Source: Veleropilina oligotropha (Eukaryota). Taken from it: a DNA stretch of 64,000 bases. Within the stretch, counting starts at the first letter, position 1; every line of letters starts with the position of its first letter. Below are positions 49,074 through 62,099 of this stretch, one piece after another. The notes under the pieces were generated by a model, which was not told where the DNA came from, did no database searches, and saw nothing but the letters and a program-made list of their open reading frames with translations. The stretch covers positions 186,001 through 250,000 of the forward strand of contig JBEUKZ010000111.1 of NCBI GenBank assembly GCA_048128005.1, written 5' to 3'. Made by a program: the position numbers and the translations under genes.

Positions 49074-49373
49074 TTAAGTCGCGCGCGACTGCAACTCGCA
49101 CAGCACTTTGCCGTAGAGACTGCGGGCTCGTTTTTCGGTGTTTATGAGAGCCTGGGCGCCACGATGACCTCCACATGGTCTACACAACAGAACGGCCGAT
49201 TTCGTACCGACACCACATACCCTACATGGCAGGGGTGATGTTCTTCCCATCCGAATTTTCTGTCTATGTGTCTTGCAAAATTCGTTGACGCAGGTACGAC
49301 CACAAACCCCAACGGTATTAACTGGCAACCAAAGGCATAGATTCGTTCCCCACATGGCGTATAGCGTGGACAA
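49074..49373 (-). CDS. Small Cys-rich zinc-finger-like protein
   Basis: C..CGRTC...FCKTH...CRVCG...LCRPCG with a basic middle region; co-oriented upstream of the replication gene. Confidence 0.6.
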   Translation of the reverse strand: MSTLYAMWGTNLCLWLPVNTVGVCGRTCVNEFCKTHRQKIRMGRTSPLPCRVCGVGTKSAVLLCRPCGGHRGAQALINTEKRARSLYGKVLCELQSRAT

Positions 49374-49926
49374 TCTAGTCTCTAATATAGATTATGACAC
49401 TAAGATATCGAGCCCGGGCCGGCGAGGGTAACGGGCCCAAGTCCCTACGGGCTCGTACTACCAGCTCTGTTCAAACGGGCGTGGGGCTCTATATAGTTCA
49501 TCATTATTCCGGGCCCTATCGGCGCGAAATAACCAGCATGTTAGACGGTGTGTAGTTATACTTGAAAGCAACATGCCGCAGGAAGACGTTCCTACGCTGC
49601 ACGGCAAAGGGAGCTCCAGGCGCATTAGAAACCTATTAAACACGGGCTACGACGTTTTGATTGTCGAAACTCGACGATGGTGAACATGCGGTCTTTAAGA
49701 AGAAGACCAAAGACGGTAACAAGGGAGTTTTACACAATCAATCGCTGTCGTCCAAAACTGTCTAGGCTGTCGGCGGTCGCGGGCACGTGTCACCAACCGA
49801 AATAGCGGCCAGGCCGATGTCCTGTAGCCTTCGCCGGGCTGCTATTTTGGGCCTATATTTGGGCCTCCAAAACCGCGGCCCAAATAGACTATTCTAAGCT
49901 ACCCTAGTTTCGGACGGCGCTGGCCC

Positions 49927-50133
49927 ATTCTTATAAAATGACCCCCCCCTACTGACGAGTCTAAGCTACCCTAGATGCGGACAGCGCTGGGAGACCCCCC
50001 CCGGGGACCCGCCCCCCCTGGATTATTCTAAAATGCCCCCTGCTGACTATTCTAAGCTACCCGAGTTTCGGATGGCGCTGGGAGCCTCCCCGAGTGCCCA
50101 GGGCCCCTAGTCTAAACCGCCTTAGTCCCCCCC
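49927..50133 (-). repeat. Right terminal inverted repeat
   Basis: attcttataaaatgac...ccgccttagtccccccc, followed by the TSD ataaa (50134-50138; left copy 33715-33719). Confidence 0.95.
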
Positions 50134-50660
50134 ATAAATTATTGCCTCTAGTCGGAAAATTCACATGTTGGTGCATGAATTCATTTTGCATTGTGGTTAA
50201 AAAATCTGTTCCTACTTTCCCACTATGCAAATTTTTCCAATTTATATCTGGGTAATTACAGTCTCCCATAACTAATACGTTGATGTTTCAGTTACTCACA
50301 TTTTCCAATGTACTGTTTAAGTTAGCACTATTCTCTTCTGTGCTATTTGGTGAACGGTAAACAATACCTACAATTGTGGAATCTTTTTTATTATTCGCCA
50401 TAATTTCACACCAAACGAATTTTGAAAACAATTTATTTAAAAATCTTCGCGGGAAACATAATTTAGTTGATCTATGATGTATAGTATTACCCCCCCCCCC
50501 CCCCCCCCCCCAACACGGCCATTTAACGTATCTGTTATATCCTCTCTGTATAATTTGTAACCCACTACATTTAATTCGGCGTCCTTTATGTTACTATTTG
50601 TCCATGATTATGTAACTCCTAACACATCTGGGTTGTGTACATCAATTAGTGTTTCTAGAC
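50134..50660 (-). mobile_element. CR1-type LINE APE endonuclease region; right half of the split element
   Basis: VYRSPN, MGDCNYPDINW and QHVNFPTRGNN motifs. Removing the insertion restores PTRGNNLLDSVF in frame. Confidence 0.9.
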
Positions 50661-51300
50661 TCGGACACTAGAAGCACTCCATTCAAAACAGGGCATGCAT
50701 AAATTGAAGATACAACGCGGAGCTGGTCAGGAACAGAGCTGTACGAATATGCTGAGGCGTCAGTAGACACTGGGAACGCATCAATAAATTATGACACGGC
50801 ACACGAGAATAGGTCACGTAGATGCGATTTGACATCCAAACGTCACGTACCACCAACAGTTTTCAATGTGAATTAATTCGAATCGGTGCTCAGTAGCCAT
50901 TGGCCCTTAACTGACCGGGGTGAAGCCGTTTCACTAGATTATTCTGGCCTACATCGTGCAATAATAATTTGAACATCTCCAAATATGACGCACGAGGCTG
51001 TTAAATGTAAGCACGAGAACGCTGCATTAGGTTACAGTGATTTTGGCACACTGGACTACAGCGTGATAGTTTTCGGAGTTCGATTCCTCATCTGCATTGG
51101 ACACAGCATCCGGCTCTCGGATAGAGACGTTGAATTGGTGTCCCGACAGAACACGACTGAAATATTGTTATAATATCACCGTGCAAGTATGTAAATTGAT
51201 TCAAACCAAATCAAACTGGACTTGAATATTATATAAGAGTAGTGGTTATATTTCATAACCAGAGGCTGTGGTGGACAGTTCGTGGAGCCGTCCTGTTGTG

Positions 51301-51556
51301 GAAAGGGGCGATGCTTAATATCCTGTATATTTCCAACCATCATTTGGATCAAACCAGGACATGTCCATATTATCACGGAAGGAAAGCCCAGTCGCCCGGG
51401 GTAACCCGCCCTCTCCGGCCAGTTAAGGACAACTGTGACTCATAACAGATAATGCCGTCCCAACTGAGGTTCGAACCCACTACTGTTCGCATCAGCGGAA
51501 TCAAGCCAGTTATTTTCGGAGTCAACGACCGACACCACACAGCTATCGAAGCGGCC
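51301..51556 (-). mobile_element. tRNA-derived SINE (diverged copy)
   Basis: 13-bp TSD ccgtcctgttgtg (51288-51300 and 51557-51569), B-box GGTTCGAACC, homologous to 9447-9707. Confidence 0.85.
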
Positions 51557-51606
51557 CCGTCCTGTTGTGATACACCACAGACGTATAAAGCTTCAATGAT
51601 AGACAT

Positions 51607-52408
51607 TCAAATTTTTAATTTGTCGCATTTCCCTGTCTCTTCACAACATCTTGTGGGTATTTCGCAGCCATGTAACATGCAATACACTAGTGCAGCAAAC
51701 TTGTGACGCATCTTTGTTGACATGGATCGTAATACTTCTTTCAGATAACGTGAAGGCTTTGTGAAAAATGCCAAGCCCTTTTGCTGTAAAATGTCATCTG
51801 TGCAAAAAAGTTGACAACTTTCAGGAAATCCAATAATGTCAACTTCTGCAAATGGGATCTGTTTATCTTTCAACCTATCTGAGCTTCTTTTATTCAGACC
51901 CATGCAATGGAGCAACAAGGTTTTCTTCTCCTGAGCTGTTAATTTACAATCTTTGCCATTCAAATCAACAATGTGCAGAAAAGCGATTTGTGAACTGACA
52001 ATGCCCGCTTCATTGTAATTTGCTGTTCTAGATGTTATCACAACATAAATGAGACGTTTATCTAAAGCCAGTTTTATTTCAAGCGCCAATTCTAACCACG
52101 CCTTGCTCTTATCAGAATCAAATTGTGAAGTACCAAAATATCTTCGATTACAATTATTTGCTTTCTGGTTGGGTCGACAAACTTCCGCCATTCTTTTATC
52201 GACCTGACAACTATTATTTCATACTCATCAGTAAGCAATTCAGTGACTAACCACTTAGCTATGGAGCTCTTGCCACTTCCTGGACTTCCAATGACAAACA
52301 CAATACGCTTCACTTTAACCATTTTGAGTGCTTTTGCTCCGCCACGTGTTTCCACAAATTCAGTTCGAACACATCGATTACACTCTGCTAAGTAATTTTC
52401 GAAGAATA
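51607..52408 (-). pseudogene. nSTAND3-like P-loop NTPase exon, frameshifted near 52135
   Basis: FVETRG, Walker A GSPGSGKS, Walker B IIVIEDI(FG), VVITSR, LTAQEKK and GFPESCQLF; splice acceptor tttatttttcAG at 52409-52410. Confidence 0.75.
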
Positions 52409-53278
52409 CTGAAAAATAAAAAGTTATGTGTGTTTTCGTAAGAATTTGAGTCATTTTTGTAATACAAAATATCACACCAACAGAAATTTCTGAATAAGCA
52501 CCATAGCCCGATTATAACACTATGATAACACAGGGTCGTATGGTGAAGATGACTACATCAAAGCAATTGAAGGTATTGAATTGTTTTGTAGACACATGAG
52601 GTTTCAATTATATATCTACTAGTCATCTAAAGGCATTAGAATAACTTTGATCGTTTTTGCCCACACTCTTCATTTTCAAGAAGGCATAATTTTGCATGCA
52701 GCACAATTAAACAATACACACATTTAATATTATCCCAACACGTCTTGTGATTTGTAACATATTCGCGAAAATGCATAGCTTTCAACATCGAAATAACGAT
52801 TCTATAAAGCGAATGTGATCATGATGGACACACACGTAAATGCTATATTAAGTTTGGGACCGCCACTAGAAACAAATTATGGCTGGCAGCATTGTTATAT
52901 ACCACCACTATTAGCAATTTTTCAGCAGTATTGCAGCCGGGACACCTGGTTTATGGTCTCACTCTGATTTAACCAACATATAGGCCATATGGCATATGCC
53001 TTTTATTATTTTAAAAGGTAGAAAGAACAGCGGTTGGCCTCGAATCAGTTACCAATTGTAACTAACAGCTTCGGTTGAGTGAATGACTCGCAAACCACTC
53101 ACCCACCTGGGCCGTTAAAAACAAAATACTTATACGAAAGGAACAAGGATGAAGTGTCATCTCACAACACTGAACGCGGTGTTACCATCAACATGCACAT
53201 GAGACGTCAAGTGACCTAGAAACAACACGGATCATGAAATTAATAGTGCATAAACAACTCTAAACGATAATGCTATAC

Positions 53279-53353
53279 CTTGCAGGCTTATTGGAATAGC
53301 ACTATTTCTCTCCACAGCATTCACTGCTTGTTGTGTATTCATGGTACCTTGAC
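53279..53353 (-). CDS. Putative 75-nt phase-1 exon (copy 1)
   Basis: tattattcAG|...CAAG|GTatag; open reading QGTMNTQQAVNAVERNSAIPISLQ; phase matches the NTPase exon. Confidence 0.5.
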
Positions 53354-53541
53354 CTGAATAATATATATATATACCTTATAAGTGCCCGGGAAGAACACTG
53401 TTTATATGTATATATACTATTATATAATTATATGAAGATTTCGGACACAAAACGTGAACTAGATACAACACGGATCATGAAATGAATATATATATATAGT
53501 GCATAAACGTGACAATACGACTCTAAACGATAATGCTATAC

Positions 53542-53616
53542 CTTGCAGGCTTCTTGGAACAGCACTATTTCTCTCCACAGCATTCACTGCTTGTTGTGTA
53601 TTCATGGTACCTTGAT
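53542..53616 (-). CDS. Putative 75-nt phase-1 exon (copy 2, tandem duplicate)
   Basis: Near-identical to 53279-53353 with the same splice signals. Confidence 0.5.
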
Positions 53617-54122
53617 CTGAATAATATATACATGTATATGAGCTAATTTCTCATATAGGGTGCCTTTATATAATGTTATATATATTATATATATACATAC
53701 ATAGATGTATTCATACATGCCAGGATATATCCATATTATCACGTAAATTCAGCACTCAAACGCCAATAATGGACAACTGTTACTGTTAACTGAGCAGTGC
53801 CCTGTCGACTACGTTAGACAGAACGGCGAATATTACCCACTCAGCTACCCATGCAATCTTTATTATAATTACGTTCGTTACATATTTTTTCGAAAACTAT
53901 ATATGATAATATTGTAGATTATGTAGTTATATAGCTAACAAACCTATTTGGTTTTGGGGGACAGAATGGAGATTAAATGTTGGTGCATTGCAATTCTCAA
54001 CATTAACCACCATATGTATGGTGATCGGCTGGTTTCCTGAAACTGAAAAAATCATAATATATTAAATATATACATGTGCATATATTGCATGGAATTTATC
54101 CTGTAGATTTAGATACATAATA

Positions 54123-54620
54123 AACTAGAACGCTCAGTCACGAGTGCCCGCATATGTACCCCCGGTATTCCAGTATGGAATGCACATACTAAATGTGAAA
54201 GCATTCCATTAAGAAAAGTCCTGTCTAGAGCGATCACAAGGAATTATGCTTTAAAATCCAAGATGGAGGCCACAGCGGCCATCTTGAAGGTCGGACCATA
54301 CCCAAAATATCTAGGTGTCATGTCCTGCCCAAACCAATGCACATACCAAATTTGAATACATATCGATGGCGGCCATATTGTCGGACCACATCCGAAATCT
54401 ACAAGTGTCGTGTCCTCACCTCATCCAATGCACATATCAAATTTGAAAACATTCCGTTAAGAAATGACCTGTCCAGAGCAATCACAAGCAATTATGGTGG
54501 TCGTGGCAGCCATCTTGGGGGTCAGACCACACCAAAATATATAGGTGTCGTTTCCTAGCCCCACCCAATCCACATACCAAATTTGAAAACATTCCGTTAA
54601 GAAATGGTCTGTCTAGAGTG
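54123..54620 (-). mobile_element. HINE-like element fragment with internal degenerate tandem repeats
   Basis: aactag end and recurring ggccatcttg / cataccaaatttgaaaacattccgttaagaaa units. Confidence 0.45.
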
Positions 54621-54959
54621 ACAAGGCTTTCCAATATTTAAATGAGAAGCAAACAACAAATGTTGAGAAGCATGCATATTTTTATGACAAGAATTTAAAA
54701 CGTGTATGTTCTGATCTTATATGTAGATATTTTCTTGAAAAAAAAATTGTCATATTAAGTACTGATAGTATTTGTTTCAGCAATTTGTGTTCTCAAATAT
54801 AAACCTTTTAGGTATATTATATATTTATTTTAAAGAAACTGCTTAATTATATCGACTTCGACATTTATGAATTCATAGTATACAATTTATGGTGCTTCTG
54901 TTTTTAAATAAAAGCAACAAATTATTATAAGAGATCAGCATTAAATCTTAATATAATGG

Positions 54960-55243
54960 AGCTATAATTGTATGTGTGTCTGTCTGTCTGTCTGTTTCAA
55001 GTTGAACTCCTCCCAGACGCTTTGACCTAGGACCTTCAAACTTTGGGGGGTTAATCGGGGTCCCCCAAGGAAGGTTTACCACGAAAAAAATTCGGAAAAT
55101 TCGCTAAAAAAAAAAAAATTTACTATCATTTTTAATATAATGGAGAAAAAAAAAAAAAAAAAAAAAGGGAGCACTATCCAAAAAAAAAAAAAAAAATTTG
55201 GGCTGGGGGGACTTACCCGGCGAAGACGGGTACCATTGCTAGT
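54960..55243 (+). mobile_element. Short HINE/MITE-like element
   Basis: (TGTC)n microsatellite near the 5' end, 3' hairpin cccggcgaagacggg and a CTAG end. Confidence 0.5.
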
Positions 55244-58200
55244 AGATATAATTATTGTTTATGTCAGAAATATTTTAAATTGATTTGTTGCTTTAATATA
55301 AAATTGAAAATATCAATAAATATTATGACACTATTAACATTATCTGATTCAACTCAAATGTGAAAAAATACTTCAATTAATTTAACAAAATATATATCTT
55401 TATTCTATGCTGTTATTCTCATAATGTCACAATACAATTGTTAACAATTCCGAAAACGAAATTGTGTTGTTTTGTTGATAATCTTAACATCAGGAGCATA
55501 TCAAGCTATAGCTAAATTTCACCAGTAACACAGCTGCAGCTGAATATCACCAGAGTCAGACATGTGATATAACTCAGTGCGAACTCTTGACAATGTAAAT
55601 GATATAAAGAGTGCGTTCGAAAATGTGTCCTCGACTTGGATGTGTAATATGTCTCGAAAGTTTGGCTACTATAAGCAGACTTCGCCAGCATTATCTGAAT
55701 GTTCTAAATAATAAAAGGTAAACAACCAGTTCATCTTTTTAGCCTTGGTAATTTCAAAGCATACCTTTCTTGATAATTATTGTTAATTTGTGTAACTGAA
55801 CGAATTTTATATACTCTGCTAACCCGGAAATGCTATGACAGCTGACCCAGTGTGCATGCATAAAATTAACCAACAAACGTCGTCAACTAGTCAAAAATAG
55901 CGACATAAATATTGCGGTACATGAAACGGGGCGGAGACTATGATTAAACGATATCGTACAAAAGCAACAAAAAGTTAAACAATATCAACATATTGCTCTA
56001 GGAAATGCAAACAACGAATATTGTAAAATGACTGGGCGGTAGTGTCTGCCGTCCCAAGATTTACATGGACGGCAAATGGTCAAAATTGAGCGGTATTTTC
56101 CGCCTGCTTCCCGTCAATTTCGCGCCTTGACTTGTGATCACGAGGAATCTCGGCGGATGCGGACGAGGCGTAACGGACGCTAAACCATAGTATCCCCCGA
56201 AACTTTCATTTTGGGGGATACAATAATAAACAAGAAACAGAACCATCAATATCCCCCGCAATGGTACATTCACAATTACAATAGCTGTATGCTGTATGTT
56301 CTTAAATGATGTTGGTTGGCAACATTATTGTACAACAACTTTTGACAATTTTTCAGCCATATCATTGTCGGGACATCCGGTTTAATGTCTCACCCCGAAC
56401 CAACTAACAGCTTCCGTTGAGAGTCTGACATGCTAACCACTTACCCGCCGATGTTACTGTGTTCTTAGATAAAACTACAATAGGATAAGCACAATCTCAT
56501 TGCTTTAGCAACAAGATAAATAACTCTACCGATAAATACCGCACAACGTCAAAATTGGTAAAAGGCCCCAGTTCACCAAATAGGGGGCCTATTGAATACA
56601 TCCACTAAGATTCGTAATGATAAGTCAATCGATTTAAGAGATATATTGCTCTGGAAAAGATAAGTAACTCTGTCATTAATCACTGCACAATGTCAAAATT
56701 TAAGGAAAAGGCACTAGTTAGCGAACTACAATGTACTGAGTTTCGTAAAGGCAAGTTAAGCACTTTATGAGCTATATTAGATATATTAACAAATGTAAAG
56801 TAAGGGCAATAACTCTGTTAATAATTGCAGTGAAAGGCACCATGCAGTTCACCAAGCACTTATTATACCCACTTAATTTCATAATACATGAACAGTGTAT
56901 ACATCTGTTTATAGTATTAATTCGCGTCTCAAACCAGGTTTCATTGGATTCATTCTGCTACAACGACCTTGCATGCCTGATGATGTACTAGCATCGTTCC
57001 CCCACCACCACTTTCCATTGGGTGTCTGGTGTCAAATATTGGTATTTCTATGGCATCTAAAAAAATCAACCACAAAAGCTACCAGGGGGAAGATATCCTA
57101 GCTGTTGACTAAATTCATAATTAATTTTTGGCTATTACTTTTAAAAATGATCTTGACAAATATCATATTTCTTTTTAAAACTCATGCGAGTTGTGCGAAA
57201 TATAAGGTCGTATTCAGTTGTATTTATTGCATTATAGTCATTCACTTACCTTTCGCCATAACAGCACCCGGGTTACTCGCATCATACAGAAATACGTGTT
57301 GTTCCTCAGCAGCCGCAGATATACCTATTGGGCAGATTAAACATATTTACGATACATTTCAGTCGAAGTTGTTCAAATGGTCATCATGCTATATATATTT
57401 ACATAATTTACATTTATACTTCTTTTTATATTTATAAGTATAAATATACGTTTACATGGATATAAGAGTACAGATTACAATTCACACGCTTGATAAACAT
57501 AAATGAGATTAAATCTTCGACTGGACACTTTGTTCATTAGCGAACACAGTCGTCCATAAATGTGAGGTGCGTACAGAGTAAATCTCTTCAAACAAGATGG
57601 CCGCCGTGGATCCGAAAATGACGAAAATTGTTAGGTTGCGTGTCCTCGTCATAACTGACGTGCATACCAAATTTGAATCGAATCGGATTAGAACCTCTCA
57701 CTGTAGAGCGCACACAAGAAATCTCTGCGGCGGACGCGGCAGCTGAACGATGCATAAACCATACTATCCCCGAAATGTTAAAATTCAGGGATACAATAAT
57801 TATATATATATATATGTACATATATATGCCATATCTGAGTGCTTGTTTCTAGGTAGCACCTACAACATATTAACGTAAAACATGAACCAATAAACATAAA
57901 AATACACGTACTAGAATATGCAAGTAAACACGCAACAACTGGGCGCTGATATACCAGGTATTGTTTTATGCAGCAAATCACCTTCTGTGTATTGATTGGT
58001 TGAAATAATAAGCCACCATTCACATACACAATGTGATTCCGGGTATTACGGGAACTCAGGATATAGTAGAGTAAGGAATTCCTGGAATATCGGGAATTCG
58101 CGTTCAAAGAGTTAAGCCAGTACAATTTGAAATTCAGAAACCTGACCTGCATATCACAGCTCCAGACATTATATATGATTGTGTCATACCCTGAGTTGCA

Positions 58201-58408
58201 CAGATAGTAATAATCCTTCAGTAAAGCAAGAACAATTCCAATTAATTAATATAAAATTAAACTGTACCCAGATGGCCCTGCCATTTCTTGCTCCACTTCC
58301 TTCTCCTTCCGCGCGACAGGCTTGCAGCGTTGATCCATTCTGCTTCCTGGTACTATATGTCTGCTTATCTGCGCCGAAGTCAGATCATCTGGAAAGACCA
58401 AGCAATAA

Positions 58409-60702
58409 TTAGGGCTTCAAGCCTTATGAAAGTCTTGAAGACCTATTGAAATTGTAAGGATTATTATTATTCTTATTAGGGCTTCAGACTTGAAAGTCTT
58501 GAAGACCTATTGATTTTATTCCGTTTATTATTATTATTGTCACGTTTCTCCTTCCAGATGTAACTAGAAAACGGCAATAGCCAGGGGTCTGTAACTTTGA
58601 CATAACGTTGGTCTACGAGCAAGGCAGGGCGGCGCAAATTGACTTCATAGTGCACGTTGATCGGCCGCCATCTTGAATTTAGTAAAACTTTAAAAAAATC
58701 TTCTTCTAAAAAACCGCCGATAGCAGCGTGGCAAGACTTTCCAGATATGATTGACGTATCAAAACGAGTTTTAATTGCAAGCGAAAGAGCGATCGGTCGC
58801 AAATGGAGGCCGCTGCGGGCGTCTGAATATTGCGAAAACACTGTGTTTTTCAACACTTTTTAAATCGACGATAGCTGTTTTTCCGTTGTAACTATTCTGC
58901 GTAACTTTCGCTGAGGGGTGGGTGCCCATGCTAAGTTCTGTTTGCCGCAAAGAGATCGTTGATGCGACATGTGGTTACGCGGCAATATTAAATTTATTAA
59001 AATATTTAAAATGCCATTTCCTCGTTACTTATTGGTCAGTGTGAAGTGAATTTCGACAGGTGCCGACGTCATAGCATCTTTATATTGTTTTGTGAACGAA
59101 AAGCTGTCAGCATATACGCATGACGATTTCAATTTTAAAATTTAAAACAGGTGCCGTTAATTTTAGGTGAAATTACATTCACTTGATTCTCATGAAGTAG
59201 CTCTAATGGAATATGTATCTAAAATATTGACAATTGGTTGCATTTAAGCATAACATTAAATTTTAAGTTTTAAATTTTAAAACGTTGATAAAACAGTTAA
59301 TAATTGTGTCATCATGTTGAAATTTAAATTGAAGATTAATATCTGTACAATTAATACAAATTTTACGTTTCATGAAATTTGAATCATCGATTGACTATCA
59401 AAGGTTAACTTCATTTTAGTCTGACTGTAGAGTCATTAATATCCTTAACAGTTGGTTGACAACTGAAGTAAACACAGAAGCGGATTCCGCCGTCGCATGT
59501 TAATACAATGGTCATTAGCTATATATCAATGTCACCAGTTGTATATATATGCTGATATCAGGATACATTAATTTATCTCTCATGAAAGAATACCCGCACA
59601 GCTGCTAGACGCAGGGTCTTGTCATTCCCAGACATCACGTGAATATACTATAGTCTATATCACAAATAACATTACAGTTTGTTTTTTCAATTTAACAAAG
59701 ATTACCAAGTGAATCTTATTACTTAAAGGGACGCCGCACTATATTTCCTGCCCAACTCCGTTAATATTGATGCTAGATCTTATATATTTTAAATTAGCAT
59801 AAAAAAAAATAAAAAAAAAGTTAAATTTGCGTGACAAATTTAAATTTGCCATAACTCTAATTCTGCTTTGAATAGACTGTTCAAACTTCGCAGACGTATT
59901 AGGGAATATGCTAAGTTACGTATGCTAATTGGAATTTTCGATTTGCCAGATAAAATTGAAAAGCAGGAAGTGCCTCGACGGCCATTAAAGCATATGTTTC
60001 AAGTGGCAATATATTAAAAAGGATGCACCGCGGACACATACATGGTTACTATGGGAAGTCATGGTTGATCTTCCACAAGTGACCTTGACATTTGACCTCA
60101 GTCGACCTACATTACGGAAAATGACCTAATTAAGGAAAAAGACATGTTCGCCAGAAAATGGCCAACTCGGTTAATATTGATGCTAGAGCTTAGATATTTT
60201 AAATAAGGATAATTAAAAAAATTCGAAAGAACAACAAAATGGCCACCACATTGTCTTTGACAAAGCCAGAACTCGAGACATACGTGGCGTACAGACCTGA
60301 AATTTGCGGCATTCGATTCAGAGTAAAATTCAGACTCGACACTTTTATATTGCGGGTGTGCAATGACATTCAAGATGGCCACCTCTGAGAGATTCCTCGT
60401 GATCTCTCAAGATAGGCCATTTCTTAACGGAATGTTATCAAATTTGGTATGTGCATTGGTTTGGGAGATGACACGGCACCTAGAGATTTTAGGTATGGTC
60501 AGACCTCCAAAATGGCCGATGTCGCCTCCATCTTGGATTTTAAAGCAAAAAGCCAGCGAGGCGAAACTTTATACATATGATGGACGTATTATGATGAAGT
60601 TATATTGCGAGCGAAAAATCAATCGAGCATAAGACAAGACGGCTGCGGGCTATAGGGCGCGATCAGCTTGAATCCCTCCACAGCTGCTTTGCAGCTTTAA
60701 TT
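58409..60702 (+). mobile_element. HINE-like element with a duplicated 5' end; related repeats continue to ~61690
   Basis: ttagggcttca..c at 58409 and 58476; inverted gcttgaatccct plus hairpin agctgc-ttt-gcagct at ~60666-60697; internal blocks are repeated at 60715-61690. Confidence 0.55.
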
Positions 60703-62099
60703 GTCACTATTTTCCTTCCAAGTGCCCCTAGAAAATGGCAATAGCCAGGAGTCTGAAACTTTCACATAACATGGGTACCAGAGCAAGGCAGGTCATCGCA
60801 ATAAGTTGACTTCGTAGTGCACGTTGTTCGGCCGCCATCTTGAATATATTAATGTTTAACGCGTTTTTCCTTCCAGAAGTAACTTGAAAACGGCAATAAC
60901 CAGGCGATTCAAGCTTTCACATAACGTTGGTCTATAAGCAAAGCAGGTCGGCGCAATAATTTATACTTCGTAGTCCACGGTGTTCGACCGCCATCTTGAA
61001 TATATTAAAATTTAAACACAAATCTCAAAAGCCGCCAATGACAGCGAGGGAAGACTTTCCAGATATGCTTGACATATTAAGGCGAATTTAAATTGAAAGT
61101 GAAAAATCGATCTGTCGTAAAAGGAGGCCGCTGCGAGCGTCTGAAGATGGCGGCGGGCATTTAATTTTTTTTTAAATGGCTCTATCTTGAAAATGATGCA
61201 ACGTAGACACATGGTTACTATGGGGAGCCTATGGTAAGTCATGGTTGGGCTTTCAAATGCCACCATGACCTTTGACCTCATATGACCTACATAGCTCTAA
61301 CTTACATAATTAAGGAAAAATGCATATATGTGTGCCTATAGTGGATAAAGTGAACTCCTATTGACGTGTGGAGTCGACATTTACCAAATTTGCCAGATAA
61401 AATTGAAAAACAGGAAGTGCCTCGGCAGCCATAAAAGCATTTGTTTCAAGTGGCAATATATCAAAAAGGATGCACCGCGGACACATGGTTACTATGGGGA
61501 GCCTATGGGAAGTCAATGTTGATCTTTCACATGTGACTTTGGCCTTTGACCTCAGTTGACCTACATTGCAGGAAATGACCTAATTAAGGAAAAAAGACAT
61601 ACGTTTGCCAGAAAATGGTCAGGAAATTGCCAACTCGGTTAATATTTATGCTAGAGCTTAGATATTTTAAATTAGGATAATTACAAAATATATATATGTA
61701 TGTGGGCCTATACATGTTGGCAGGTCTGTACAAGACCTGGTGAGAGAGACAGGGAATGTTACATTTCGCTGAAAAGCGATATTGGCCTATAACGATGTGT
61801 TCTCACAGAAGAGTCAGGTCACATAAAAGGAGTCAGACAACGTGGACTCTTCATAAAGAGTCACTTTGACTCTGCTTTGGCTCTCAGTGTATGTCTAGAG
61901 CAAATTTGGTTTCGTTATTAGAACACAATTAAACAACAGAGGAATATCCTTCTTCCTGATATTTTATACACATGTCCATAAAAGGGCTGATAAAATATTA
62001 AATACTGCGTGTATTAAACAACATAATTGATTCATTCAAGTCATTGAATGTGTTTATTTGGTTTTAAATTAAATTAAATTAAAACACCTGTATCTCTAA

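Larger units (their letters stand above)
33720..50133. mobile_element. Endogenous Polinton-like virus / Maverick-related element (16.4 kb)
   Basis: TIRs, ATAAA TSD, sharp GC shift, dense intronless genes including rve integrase, packaging ATPase, capsid candidates and a PolB-like/SF1 helicase gene. Confidence 0.93.

Noticed and set aside
37574..49176. Many antisense or alternate-frame ORFs overlapping viral genes (e.g. 37574-38155, 40932-41465, 45001-45895, 48114-49007)
   Set aside because: These are shadow ORFs expected in GC-rich coding DNA; the motif-bearing frames lie on the other strand or frame.
33720..50133. Bacterial prophage, contamination or chimeric assembly
   Set aside because: The TIRs, the TSD and in-frame restoration of the interrupted host LINE show a genuine integration, and the gene set is Polinton-like.
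33720..50133. Canonical Polinton/adintovirus label
   Set aside because: No standalone pPolB with exonuclease and YxDTDS motifs, no adenain, and atypical termini; kept as Polinton-like.
56140..57800. Two short hairpin motifs (tatccccc...gggggata-like) at ~56190 and ~57757
   Set aside because: Probably 5' ends of further HINE-like elements, but the boundaries could not be defined.
58268..58388. Possible further minus-strand exon of the NTPase gene
   Set aside because: It has a plausible acceptor and an open frame, but the apparent donor is weak and out of phase with the downstream exons.
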